Shown here one piece after another: positions 39,069 to 48,295 of a DNA stretch of 64,000 nucleotides; the first letter of the stretch is position 1, and every line of letters starts with the position of its first letter. The stretch spans positions 3,264,001 through 3,328,000 of the forward strand of contig OY829846.1 of NCBI GenBank assembly GCA_963691875.1, in the 5' to 3' direction. The notes below the pieces were generated by a model. That model was given only the letters and a program-made list of their open reading frames with translations. It did not search any database and was not told the origin of the DNA. The position numbers and the translations under genes were made by a program. This DNA comes from Aureliella sp. (GTDB lineage: Bacteria; Planctomycetota; Planctomycetia; Pirellulales; Pirellulaceae).

Positions 39069-39797
39069 ATGGGATTTCTATCCGACCTCAAGATCCTCTA
39101 CCACCTTGCACTCAGGCCGGTGCGTGGGAAGGACCATGCCGAGCGCATGGAGAACTTCTATTCTGGCCAAGCCGGAGCGTACGACGACTTCCGCAAACGG
39201 TTGTTGCATGGTCGCGAGGAATTGTTCCAGCAGATCGAAATTCCTGAAAATGCTTCTTGGGTGGACCTAGGTGGTGGCACAGGCGCCAACATGGAATTCA
39301 TCGCTGACCGCGTACCCTCGTTGGAGCGTGCTTACGTCGTAGATCTTGCTAGCTCGCTACTTGAAGTCGCCTCGGATCGCTTTAAGAAGCATGGTTGGGA
39401 TCACGTTCAGGCCGTTGAGGCGGATGCGACGACCTGGCAGCCGCCGGAAGGCCAAGTGGATGTAGTGACATTCTCTTATTCCCTGACCATGATCCCAGAT
39501 TGGTTTGGCGCAATCGAAAATGCGCTGAGGATGCTCAAGCCCGGTGGAAGAATTGGTGTGGTGGACTTTTATGTCTCCCGAAAGCATGCTCAAGAAGATC
39601 TGGTAAAGCATCGCTGGTTCACTCGACACTTTTGGCCAACTTGGTTTGCTTCCGACAACGTTTTTCCGTCGCCAGATCATTTGCCTTTTCTACTCAGGCA
39701 TAGCGAGAAAGTTCTGCTCAACGAATCCAGATCGAAGGTTCCATACATTCCCTTCATACGAACGCCGTTTTATCAGTACATCGGTCGCAAAGCTTAG
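39069..39797 (+). CDS. btaB: SAM-dependent N-methyltransferase of betaine lipid (DGTS) synthesis
   Basis: [48 protein letters not shown]. Directly downstream of btaA. Confidence 0.88.
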   Translation: MGFLSDLKILYHLALRPVRGKDHAERMENFYSGQAGAYDDFRKRLLHGREELFQQIEIPENASWVDLGGGTGANMEFIADRVPSLERAYVVDLASSLLEVASDRFKKHGWDHVQAVEADATTWQPPEGQVDVVTFSYSLTMIPDWFGAIENALRMLKPGGRIGVVDFYVSRKHAQEDLVKHRWFTRHFWPTWFASDNVFPSPDHLPFLLRHSEKVLLNESRSKVPYIPFIRTPFYQYIGRKA

Positions 39798-40038
39798 ATG
39801 AAAACCGTCTTCTGTTACCCTAGCATCATTGCGGTTTTGGAATGAGCACCCTCGGATCAGTCTAAATATCTTGGCTGCATCTGACCGTAGCTACGACGAA
39901 TGATGAATCCTAGTCAACTTCAGCACCTGAAGTCATACATCGCTGCAATAAAAGCCATACCGAAACCCACCCAAAAGAAGTAACCAGATACAGCTGAGTA
40001 TTGCAATGGGCGACCTCAAGTCGCAAACTTTTGTGCGA

Positions 40039-40773
40039 TCAGTAGGGATGCCCAAGTGCTTCGCATAAGAACTCCATCCAAGGTCGGGATTTCTTAACTA
40101 GCAGATTGATAGTGGTCACCAGATCTGCATTCTGAACCCGAGCTTTGCTTAAAGAGGACATAGCGATAAAGCTCTTTAGTCGCAGAACATCGATCATAGG
40201 GTGATCTTTCGCATAACCACGAGGAGAGGTCTTCAAGCGATCATCGTAGACTTCGAACCTTTCTCGAAACCCCTTTTGCCTAACAACCTTCCTCCACCGA
40301 TCTGGGTAGTTATCGACGTGCTGCCGTAGCAACGAAAGCGAATCGGATGCGGGACGCCACAGCCCCGCACCAAAGAAACACTCTTTTGCATCAACATGGA
40401 TATAGACACCTGCAGCATGGACATCGCGACCAAGCTCGTGTCGGAACTGGATGCCAATATTGGTCTTATATGGTGTCTTTTCCCTAGAGAAACGCGTATC
40501 TCGGTAAATCCTCATCAGGCTCCCCCCTGACTTCTTCGCGTCGGCTACCAAAAGAGGTGCTGACGATTCAAGGACAGGTTTCATGGCTTGGATCAATTCC
40601 AACGCTGGGTTGAGGAAGTCTGCTTCGTAGTGAGCTCTATTGTTCTGAAACCACTCTCGGTTGTTGTTCTTGTCTAACGATCTTAGGAATCGAAAGGTGC
40701 TTTTCGGAAAGCCCTGGAAGCTCTGTAATTTGGCAGTCATTTCAGCTGGTTTCCTCTTAGGCACTTTGGGCAT
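40039..40773 (-). CDS. DUF2461 family protein
   Basis: NNNREWF, RIYRDTRFSREKTPYK, LKTSPRGYAKDHP. Confidence 0.92.
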   Translation of the reverse strand: MPKVPKRKPAEMTAKLQSFQGFPKSTFRFLRSLDKNNNREWFQNNRAHYEADFLNPALELIQAMKPVLESSAPLLVADAKKSGGSLMRIYRDTRFSREKTPYKTNIGIQFRHELGRDVHAAGVYIHVDAKECFFGAGLWRPASDSLSLLRQHVDNYPDRWRKVVRQKGFRERFEVYDDRLKTSPRGYAKDHPMIDVLRLKSFIAMSSLSKARVQNADLVTTINLLVKKSRPWMEFLCEALGHPY

Positions 40774-40975
40774 CCTCCAAATTTAGTTCTTTTGAGTCGT
40801 CATCAATGCTGCTTCGTACTGGCCTAAGCAGTTCCTTAGGTTCAATTGTTTTCAAAAGTTGTGAATCCGGTGCAAGATGATACTTGCAAGAATCGATTTT
40901 GGGTTACAATGCGGCACCATTGCACATAACACGTTACGTTTTTAAGATTCATTGTTTTGAAGGGGGTCCTGACCA

Positions 40976-41680
40976 ATGCCTCGCAAGGTAAAAGGTTATT
41001 CACGCGTTGATTCTGGAGAAGCTCACGGTTGGTTGGTACGTATCAAGCGTGGCGACATCAAGCGCTCTCGCTTTATCTCGGATTCAACTCACGGCGGCAA
41101 GAAGAAGTCCAAGGCAGTTGCGGAGCAAGTCTACCAAGAGTGGGCTGACGAGCTACCTGAGCCAGACACCGCTGAAGATAAGCTAGGCAAGCGAAATTCT
41201 TCTGGTGTTGTCGGCGTACACTACTCGTACGACGTAGACGCTCGCTATCCGAACTGCGCCTATGAGTACTACATCGCTTCCTGGAAGACCGAAGACGGTC
41301 GTCGCCAGAACGTTCGCTTCGCGATCAGCAAGTGGGGCAAAAAGGTTGCCTTCGAACTAGCTTGCATCGCTCGTTCAGAACGTACTACTGACCGCGAGAA
41401 GGTGCAAAAGCTTCACGAAAAGGGTCACGCTGCTGCAAAGGCTTCGCCTAAGAAGGGCGCAGCCGCTAAGAAAGCTGCACCTAAGAAGGCAACTAAGAAA
41501 GCTGCTCCTAAGAAGGCAGCCAAGAAAGCTGCTCCTAAGAAGGCAGCCAAGAAAGCTGCACCTAAGAAGAAGGTAGCTAAGAAAGCTGCTCCGAAGAAGG
41601 CAGCCAAGAAAGCTGCTCCTAAGAAGGCAGCCAAAAAAGCTGCTCCTAAGAAGAAGGCTGCAAAGAAGAAGAAGCGTTAG
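40976..41680 (+). CDS. Tandem AP2-like DNA-binding domains fused to a histone H1-like Lys/Ala/Pro tail
   Basis: GYSRVD..HGWLVRI..RFISDSTHGGKKKSKAVA; RNSSGVVGV..YIASW..RFAISKWGKKVAFELACIAR; then about 85 aa with SPKK and 7 x AAPKK. Confidence 0.8.
   Translation: MPRKVKGYSRVDSGEAHGWLVRIKRGDIKRSRFISDSTHGGKKKSKAVAEQVYQEWADELPEPDTAEDKLGKRNSSGVVGVHYSYDVDARYPNCAYEYYIASWKTEDGRRQNVRFAISKWGKKVAFELACIARSERTTDREKVQKLHEKGHAAAKASPKKGAAAKKAAPKKATKKAAPKKAAKKAAPKKAAKKAAPKKKVAKKAAPKKAAKKAAPKKAAKKAAPKKKAAKKKKR
41470..41677 (+). repeat. About 27-bp coding tandem repeat (AAPKKAAKK)
   Basis: Seven AAAGCTGC(T/A)CC(T/G)AAGAAG units with short linkers. Confidence 0.92.
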
Positions 41681-41738
41681 ACCGCTCTTCTCGCAGCAAG
41701 TCCTCGCTGTGTAGCTGAATCTAGAAGTCCATCCACTG

Positions 41739-41780
41739 ACTACTGGGCCTCCTTTATAATAAGAGGTTCAGTAGTTTTTT
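41739..41780 (+). terminator. Intrinsic terminator
   Basis: Stem ACTACTGGGCCTC / GAGGTTCAGTAGT with G-U pairs, followed by a T tract. Confidence 0.8.
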
Positions 41781-41869
41781 ATGCGCTACCTTGTACCTGC
41801 CTATCTCTTTCACGCCACCATGAAACCGCTTGGCCGGTTTCTTCCATTCGCTGATCGACCGTACGAAGC

Positions 41870-43891
41870 ATGCTCGCCAAAATCATCGCATTTGCCTCAC
41901 CGCTGCATCGCGCTGCCATGCTCGGATTCGTCCTGACGGTTCTATGGAATGTTCCGTCGGCCCATGCCCAGTCAGGTCCGGCCGACCAACTAGCGATCCC
42001 GGGTTTAATCCAAAGTTACTGCCTCGATTGCCATGCCACGCATTCAGCCGAAGGTAATATCAATTTCGAAGCGGTTCTTGCGCCGGATACCAGTTTCGCG
42101 AAGCGGTTTGAGATTCTGAGCCGAGCTGCTGAGCTGATCAGCGACGGAAGCATGCCGCCTCAAGACGAAGCCCAGCCCTCTGCAGCTGAACGCGGAGAGT
42201 TTCAAGACTGGTTCGAATCTCAGTTTGTCGAATCCATCCAAGCCAGCCCCGGCGCATTCCGTGTCCGGCGCCTTTCCGCACATGAGTATCGAAACACCTT
42301 GGAAAGCTTGCTAGGATTCAAGCTCGAACTGGCTGTCGTCGAGGCGGAGCAGACGCTCTCCGAAACCTCACTGATTATGAAGCTATTGCCGACCGATCCA
42401 CCTGGACCAAGCGGCTTTACCAATGACACCTCTCAAAACCCACTCACTTTGGTGCTATGGGACCAATACAGTCTCATTCTCGATTCCGCCCTAGACGATC
42501 TGCTTTCGCAAGAACATTTACCAAAGGAGCTTGCGGGCGAGCCCGAACGAGAGCAAGTGATGAATTTTCTAGCAAGTTTTCGCTCACAAGCTTACCGAAG
42601 AGAGCTCGCGCAGGATTCCCAGCAGCGTTACCAAACCCAACTGCACGAACACTGGAAGGAATATTTTGGCGATAAGTCGGATTGCTCCAGCACAAGTGAC
42701 CACACACTAGTCAACCAGTTCGTCAAGCAAGAATTAAAAGTCACATTGATGTCGCCCGCATTCTTGCACCGTGGCTTCTTGGCTCAATCGGAACGTAAGA
42801 ATAGAGAGTTGCCTGTCGATGCATTCGAGTTAGCTGAACGCTTGAGCTACTTCCTGTGGGCCGATATGCCAGATGAAGGACTACTGGAATCGGCCTCCAA
42901 TGGATCTTTATTGATCAAAGAGGAGTATCGGAAGCAAATTCGTCGTATGCTTGACTCGCCCAAAGCGCGGAACTTGAGCGAAGACTTTGCGATGCAATGG
43001 TTGAGCTTGCAGGAGATCGAAAATGTCTCGAGCAATCCGCCGACCATGCTGGCACTCCGATCCCAACCGTTAGATTTTCTGCATTACCTTTTCACCGAAG
43101 GACGACCACTGCTAGAGTTAGTCGACTCGTCGGTGAGTTTTATTAATCCGCACACAGCCCGCTATTATCGCAACGAACGGAAACAATTAACGGCATACCG
43201 AAAACAAAAGGGAATTGAAGTCGAAGCATTGCCAAACCAGAAGATCCAGCTCGAAGACTCCACGCCTCGCGGTGGGATACTTACGATGCCTGGCGTTTTG
43301 GCCATGAATCGCGGGCCGATCTTGCGAGGCACTTGGTTGCTAGAACGAATCCTTGGAGAGTATCTGCCGGATCCGCCTGCGAACGTAGGCCAAGTGCCTC
43401 GTAGTCCGCCAGGGCAGAAACTTTCCTTCCGACAGAGATTTGAATTGCATCGGAGCCAGGCGAGTTGTGCGGTTTGCCACGACAAGATTGATCCACTCGG
43501 CTTTTCACTTGAAGCATACGATGCTGTAGGGGGCTACCGCAGGGCGGCTGACTACAAGCCCACGAAGCAGCAAGTCAAACGCGGTGAGGTACCAGAGGGT
43601 GCAATAGACACCACCGGGCAATTACCCAGTGGCGAGCACTTTAAAGATTTTGAAGGGCTCAAGCAGATCTTGGTCGGCGAGAAACGACACGAAGTCATCG
43701 AAAATATCACGCGCCGTATGCTCGAGTTCGCCTTGGCTCGCAAGCTCGAATATTATGACAAACCTACAGTAGATAAGATTGTGGAAGAGCTGGTCGAAGA
43801 TCCGGAAAGTACTTTTCACGATTTGATCTTTGCGATCTCCGAGAGTTTACCCTTTACACACACCATTTACGAATCCGATGATGCGAAGTAA
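41870..43891 (+). CDS. Planctomycete cytochrome c protein (DUF1587/1592/1588/1585 type)
   Basis: CLDCH..MPP, RRLSAHEYRNT, ELAERLSYFLWADMPD, PILRGTWLLERILG, CAVCHDKIDPLGF. Confidence 0.92.
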   Translation: MLAKIIAFASPLHRAAMLGFVLTVLWNVPSAHAQSGPADQLAIPGLIQSYCLDCHATHSAEGNINFEAVLAPDTSFAKRFEILSRAAELISDGSMPPQDEAQPSAAERGEFQDWFESQFVESIQASPGAFRVRRLSAHEYRNTLESLLGFKLELAVVEAEQTLSETSLIMKLLPTDPPGPSGFTNDTSQNPLTLVLWDQYSLILDSALDDLLSQEHLPKELAGEPEREQVMNFLASFRSQAYRRELAQDSQQRYQTQLHEHWKEYFGDKSDCSSTSDHTLVNQFVKQELKVTLMSPAFLHRGFLAQSERKNRELPVDAFELAERLSYFLWADMPDEGLLESASNGSLLIKEEYRKQIRRMLDSPKARNLSEDFAMQWLSLQEIENVSSNPPTMLALRSQPLDFLHYLFTEGRPLLELVDSSVSFINPHTARYYRNERKQLTAYRKQKGIEVEALPNQKIQLEDSTPRGGILTMPGVLAMNRGPILRGTWLLERILGEYLPDPPANVGQVPRSPPGQKLSFRQRFELHRSQASCAVCHDKIDPLGFSLEAYDAVGGYRRAADYKPTKQQVKRGEVPEGAIDTTGQLPSGEHFKDFEGLKQILVGEKRHEVIENITRRMLEFALARKLEYYDKPTVDKIVEELVEDPESTFHDLIFAISESLPFTHTIYESDDAK

Positions 43892-43940
43892 CGGTTGTTG
43901 AAATACGGGTGAAGTGAGATAGGTGATTAGGAAATAACAC

Positions 43941-45524
43941 ATGAGCTGGAATGTTGATCGTCGCCGTTTTTTGCGGAGTGCTGCTGGACCTCTATTGCCA
44001 CTTCCGCTACTAAACCTGATGACCTCACAGACTCGAGCGGGCGAGCAAAAACCTCCGATCCGGTTCGTCACACTGTTCAAACCAAATGGAGTGCATCCAC
44101 CAAGCTGGAATATTAGCGGTGGACAAGAATTCGACTTCCGCATGTCACCGCTCATGCAGCCTTTCGCGGAACACAAGCAAGACTTGCTGATCCTCGACAA
44201 CATGGGAGACTTCGGCTTCTCCTCTCACGCGAATTCCACGCGACGATTCCTAAGCGGCCACCACAAAAACACAAAATCTGCTTCAGTCGATCAACTCATT
44301 GCCCAAAAAATCGCTGGCGACACGGCACATAAGTCTCTGGAGCTAACGACTGAAGGACTGTTTCCAAATCAAATCGGATGCTCGTACATTTCCTACGGCC
44401 AAAATGGCGAGCCACTTCCGCGCGAGAGTGATCCGCAACTCGTTTTTGATCGTGTCTTTCGTAATCCACTGGCAAATCCAGCCGAACGAAAGTCGATGGC
44501 CAGCTTGCTCGATCGTGTCCAAGAGGATGCGAGATCTCTGAACCGCCAGGCGGGCTCGCAAGATCGCCAAACACTTGACCAATACATGACAGTGCTGCGC
44601 GAGACCGAGAAACGCTTGGCGACCATGAACGAAAAACCAGCGCCTAAGCTGGACTTCTCCAAACTTCAGCGTCCTCTCGCTCCAGTCAATCTCAACGAAC
44701 AAGTCGAAGCGATGATCGACGTGATGTGCCTCGCACTATGGACAGATTCCACGCGATGCATCACTTACATGCTCGGCAATAGCAACAGTCGCATGATTTT
44801 CGACTTCCTGGGAATCCAAGAACAGCACCATTACTTATCTCACTTCTTCCGTAACTTCTCACGGCACAATCTCGACGCGTTGTTGAAGATCAGCTTGTGG
44901 CACATGGAGAAATTTGACTACTTGCTGAAACGCATGAAGAGCTTTCAAGACGGGAATGGGACTCTGCTCGAAAACAGCATCGTTCTTTTTGGTTCAGGTA
45001 TGGGGCATAGCGACAATCACACTGCGACTCGCATTCCGATCGTCTTGGCTGGCCAAGGTGCCGGACGTATCAAAACGGGGCGTTATATTCGCTACGCCAA
45101 GAATCAAGAACTCGGGCGATTACACTTGTCTCTCCTTAAACGATTTGGTGTCCAAACAGACTCCTTCGCAGGTAGCTCTGATTTATTGCCTGGATTGCAA
45201 GATTCCAGCTACGAGCACTACTCCGAGCGACCATTCGAAAGCTGGGTGAAGTACGAGGATGGCAACATCACAGCCCAAGGCCGATTACGTCTCTCGGATA
45301 ACTTGGATGAGGCGAAGGTGTTCTTCGTAGATATCGAAGGCGAGACACCGGTTCGCATCGAAGTCAGCTTCCGTGATTTCCACGACTTCAATCTAGCTTA
45401 CCACTGTGGCACCGCCATTCAAATTCAAGGCGCTGGCAAACGACAAGGCGAGCAGTTACTGATGACCAAAGTACTCAAGCTCGACTCGTTGTTCGGCCAC
45501 AAGCCTGGAACTCAAAACGGCTAG
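43941..45524 (+). CDS. DUF1552 family protein with C-terminal extension
   Basis: Tat-like RRRFLR, PNGV, SVDQLIA, SLLDRV, DSTR, GTLLENS. Typical partner of the upstream gene. Confidence 0.9.
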   Translation: MSWNVDRRRFLRSAAGPLLPLPLLNLMTSQTRAGEQKPPIRFVTLFKPNGVHPPSWNISGGQEFDFRMSPLMQPFAEHKQDLLILDNMGDFGFSSHANSTRRFLSGHHKNTKSASVDQLIAQKIAGDTAHKSLELTTEGLFPNQIGCSYISYGQNGEPLPRESDPQLVFDRVFRNPLANPAERKSMASLLDRVQEDARSLNRQAGSQDRQTLDQYMTVLRETEKRLATMNEKPAPKLDFSKLQRPLAPVNLNEQVEAMIDVMCLALWTDSTRCITYMLGNSNSRMIFDFLGIQEQHHYLSHFFRNFSRHNLDALLKISLWHMEKFDYLLKRMKSFQDGNGTLLENSIVLFGSGMGHSDNHTATRIPIVLAGQGAGRIKTGRYIRYAKNQELGRLHLSLLKRFGVQTDSFAGSSDLLPGLQDSSYEHYSERPFESWVKYEDGNITAQGRLRLSDNLDEAKVFFVDIEGETPVRIEVSFRDFHDFNLAYHCGTAIQIQGAGKRQGEQLLMTKVLKLDSLFGHKPGTQNG

Positions 45525-45562
45525 CAAGGGGCATCAATCGCTCCGCGACGGGAACAAAGAAA

Positions 45563-45622
45563 GGAGCTTGGGCTTCTATACCCGTGTTCGTATGAGTACA
45601 CAGACTGGAAGTCTATGCCACG
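45563..45622. repeat. GTRG-type REP-like element with a degenerate partner
   Basis: Minus strand reads GTGG-CATAGAC-TTCCA-GTCTGTG (tetranucleotide plus hairpin). A decayed opposite copy GGAGCTTGGGCTTCTATACCCGTG lies upstream. Confidence 0.55.
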
Positions 45623-45708
45623 TCAAGGATTGAGGATTGGCGAAAGAATAGAATCGTTGAATAAGCCCTGATCTTGGGCGAATCGTGAACGCGCAAAGGA
45701 ACAGAGCA

Positions 45709-47487
45709 ATGAATAGTGAAGCAGCAGCGGCATCGGAGAATGCGAATGAAAGCGGCAAGTACCAACCGCTTGGCGTGTTATTCCCGATCCTGCTTGTAGG
45801 GCTAATGGTGCTTTGCCGATTCGTTCCAAGTCTGTGGGAAGACGGCCCCTCAATGACTTGGGCCATCGGGGCCTTTGGGCCGGTTCTGGCATCGCTGCTC
45901 GTTCTAGTTTGGTGGTTGGCATTCAGCCGCGCGACGGCCGTGGAACGTGTTGTCGGGCTAGGCCTTGTTATCGCCACATTGGCCAGCACAACAAAGTTGC
46001 TCGATGAAACCGTCATGCCAGTCGCTGTTGTGATTACGATTCCCCTAGGAGTCGCTGGATTCGCCATCGGTCTGATCATGACCTCCCAGTGGCTCAGTTT
46101 CAAACGAACTCTTGTCGGTGCATTGGCCTGCTTTGCATTCAGTGGCTTGTCAGATCTAGTACGAAATGAAGGTGCTTGGGGCGATTTCTCTTTTGATCTG
46201 CACTGGCGCTGGAGCCCTACGGCAGAGGAACGCTTTCTCGCAGAGCGTGCGGAAGGAAAGAAATCAGAACCAGCAGAAGTAAACGTAACTGAAGGCGAAT
46301 TTCCGGAGGCATCCTGGTCGGGATTCCGCGGTTCCAATCGCGACGGTGTTGTAGAGAACAGCAGAATTGACTCGGATTGGGCGGCAAATCCTCCCAAAGA
46401 AAAGTGGCGGGTCAAAGTAGGGCCGGCTTGGTCGTCTTTCGCAGTTGCCGGAGAAATGCTTTTCACCCAGGAGCAACGCGGTGAACAGGAGTCTGCAGTC
46501 TGCTATTCTGCAGCGAATGGCCAGGAGATCTGGGCCAACGCTATCGAAAGCCGCTTCACTGAAGCTCTCGGCGGGCTTGGCCCCCGAGCGACTCCGACTT
46601 TAAGAGGCGACAAACTCGTTTCGCAAGGCGCCGCAGGCTGGCTCCGATGCAATGATGCTCGGACAGGGGAGTTACTTTGGAAAGTCGACATCAAACAGGT
46701 CGCTGATTGCTCGATTCCCATGTGGGGCTTCTCCTGTTCACCTCTTTGCGTAAAAACCGAGCAAGGTGATTTTGCCATCGTTCACACTGGTGCTGCGGGT
46801 GACAAAGGCATCATGGCGTTTCGCATAAGCGATGGATCGGTAGCTTGGTCCGTCACAGCAGGAAAGCAATCCTATGGATCGCTTCAAGACGTGCAACTGC
46901 TCGGGCAGCGAGCAATTGCCATTCTGTCAGAGCGTGGGGCAGAGTTTTTAGAACCAGAGACTGGCGAGTCAATTTTCCTTTACGATTGGAAACACACCGG
47001 TTACCGAGCTTTACAGCCGCTGATGATCGGAGACGACCGAATGCTGATCCCAACCGGAATGGGCTCTGGCACTCGCTTGGTACAGCTTACGAAAAACAAG
47101 GACGGCTCTATCTCCGGCAAAGAAGTGTGGACTTCGCGACGGCTCAAACCTGATTTCAACGACATCCTTGTTTATAAAGACAACATCTTCGGCTTTGATG
47201 GTGAGATCTTTTGTTCTCTTAAGCTGGCTGACGGCAAGCTCAACTGGAAAGGCGGGCGATACGGCAAAGGACAAGCGATTCTGTTGGCCGATGCTGGAGT
47301 CATCATTGTGCTCTCAGAGAAAGGTGATTTGGTACTATTGAAAGCGACGCCGGACGGACACGAGGAACTACATCGTGCGCCTGCACTGGAGGGACGGACC
47401 TGGAATCACCCGGTGCTGATCGGCAATCAGCTCTACTTGCGGAATGATAAAGAGGCGGTTTGCTATACTCTTCCCATCGCCCCCTAG
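45709..47487 (+). CDS. Membrane-anchored PQQ-like beta-propeller protein
   Basis: N-terminal TM helices, WSGFRGSNRDG, GPRATPT, GRTWNHP. Confidence 0.9.
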   Translation: MNSEAAAASENANESGKYQPLGVLFPILLVGLMVLCRFVPSLWEDGPSMTWAIGAFGPVLASLLVLVWWLAFSRATAVERVVGLGLVIATLASTTKLLDETVMPVAVVITIPLGVAGFAIGLIMTSQWLSFKRTLVGALACFAFSGLSDLVRNEGAWGDFSFDLHWRWSPTAEERFLAERAEGKKSEPAEVNVTEGEFPEASWSGFRGSNRDGVVENSRIDSDWAANPPKEKWRVKVGPAWSSFAVAGEMLFTQEQRGEQESAVCYSAANGQEIWANAIESRFTEALGGLGPRATPTLRGDKLVSQGAAGWLRCNDARTGELLWKVDIKQVADCSIPMWGFSCSPLCVKTEQGDFAIVHTGAAGDKGIMAFRISDGSVAWSVTAGKQSYGSLQDVQLLGQRAIAILSERGAEFLEPETGESIFLYDWKHTGYRALQPLMIGDDRMLIPTGMGSGTRLVQLTKNKDGSISGKEVWTSRRLKPDFNDILVYKDNIFGFDGEIFCSLKLADGKLNWKGGRYGKGQAILLADAGVIIVLSEKGDLVLLKATPDGHEELHRAPALEGRTWNHPVLIGNQLYLRNDKEAVCYTLPIAP

Positions 47488-47505
47488 CCAAATCCGCATT
47501 TTAGA

Positions 47506-48258
47506 ATGGCAATGCAAAACTCAAGTGAATTGGAAAAAAACGAGCTAGAGCAGCTCGAGACGCTCGGGTATGTTGCCCTCGGACAGCTTCTCGATGCTGA
47601 AGCGTTGGATTGCATTCGCCGGCGTATCGAAATCCTACTTGCAGCGGAACAAAACCATGCCGGCGTAGAGCTACTCGACTCGCGGAATATCCGCCACGCC
47701 AAGGAAGAAGGTGCAGATCGCTTAGCCGATTTGGTCAACAAAGGGGCAGAGTTCGAGACTTGCTTCACGCACTCTAAACTTCTAGCTGGAATGAGGCATG
47801 TTCTCGGAAGCAATTGCAAGCTTTCATCTCTGAATTATCGATCGGCAAGGCCTGATGGCGGGGAACAAAAGCTGCACGTCGACTGGCACGAGGCGATCAC
47901 TGCTCCAGAATTCGTGGTTTGCAATTCGATTTGGCTAGTCGATGACTTCACGGAGGAAAACGGCGCGACACGTCTGATTCCCCGATCGCATTTATACTCA
48001 AAAATACCTGATCAAGAACTTGAAGATCCATGGGCCAAGCATCCACATGAAGTAATGGTTACGGGTGAAGCTGGGAGCGTCTTCCTTTTCAACGCTCATC
48101 TATGGCATGGCGGAACACGGAACCGAAGTGCTCGTCAACGCCGCGCCATTCACAGTTACTTTTGCCGTCACGATCAGCCACAGCAAACGAACCAGCTGAA
48201 ACTACTGACGGAAGAAACGCGACAACGACTGCCGGCCGACTCTTTGAAGCTCCTATAG
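47506..48258 (+). CDS. Phytanoyl-CoA dioxygenase (PhyH) family protein
   Basis: LHVD, DDFTEENGATRLIPRSH, LWHGG..N. Confidence 0.9.
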   Translation: MAMQNSSELEKNELEQLETLGYVALGQLLDAEALDCIRRRIEILLAAEQNHAGVELLDSRNIRHAKEEGADRLADLVNKGAEFETCFTHSKLLAGMRHVLGSNCKLSSLNYRSARPDGGEQKLHVDWHEAITAPEFVVCNSIWLVDDFTEENGATRLIPRSHLYSKIPDQELEDPWAKHPHEVMVTGEAGSVFLFNAHLWHGGTRNRSARQRRAIHSYFCRHDQPQQTNQLKLLTEETRQRLPADSLKLL

Positions 48259-48295
48259 CGCAAATTCGTGCATGCCAGGAAGTTGAATTTATCAG

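Noticed and set aside
41425..41634. Minus-strand 69-aa (AAFLG)n ORF
   Set aside because: Antisense shadow of the KKAAP repeat.
45576..46466. Long antisense ORFs (also 12260-13003, 8261-8920, 10389-10991, 6390-6911)
   Set aside because: They overlap well-supported genes on the opposite strand and show no recognisable motifs.
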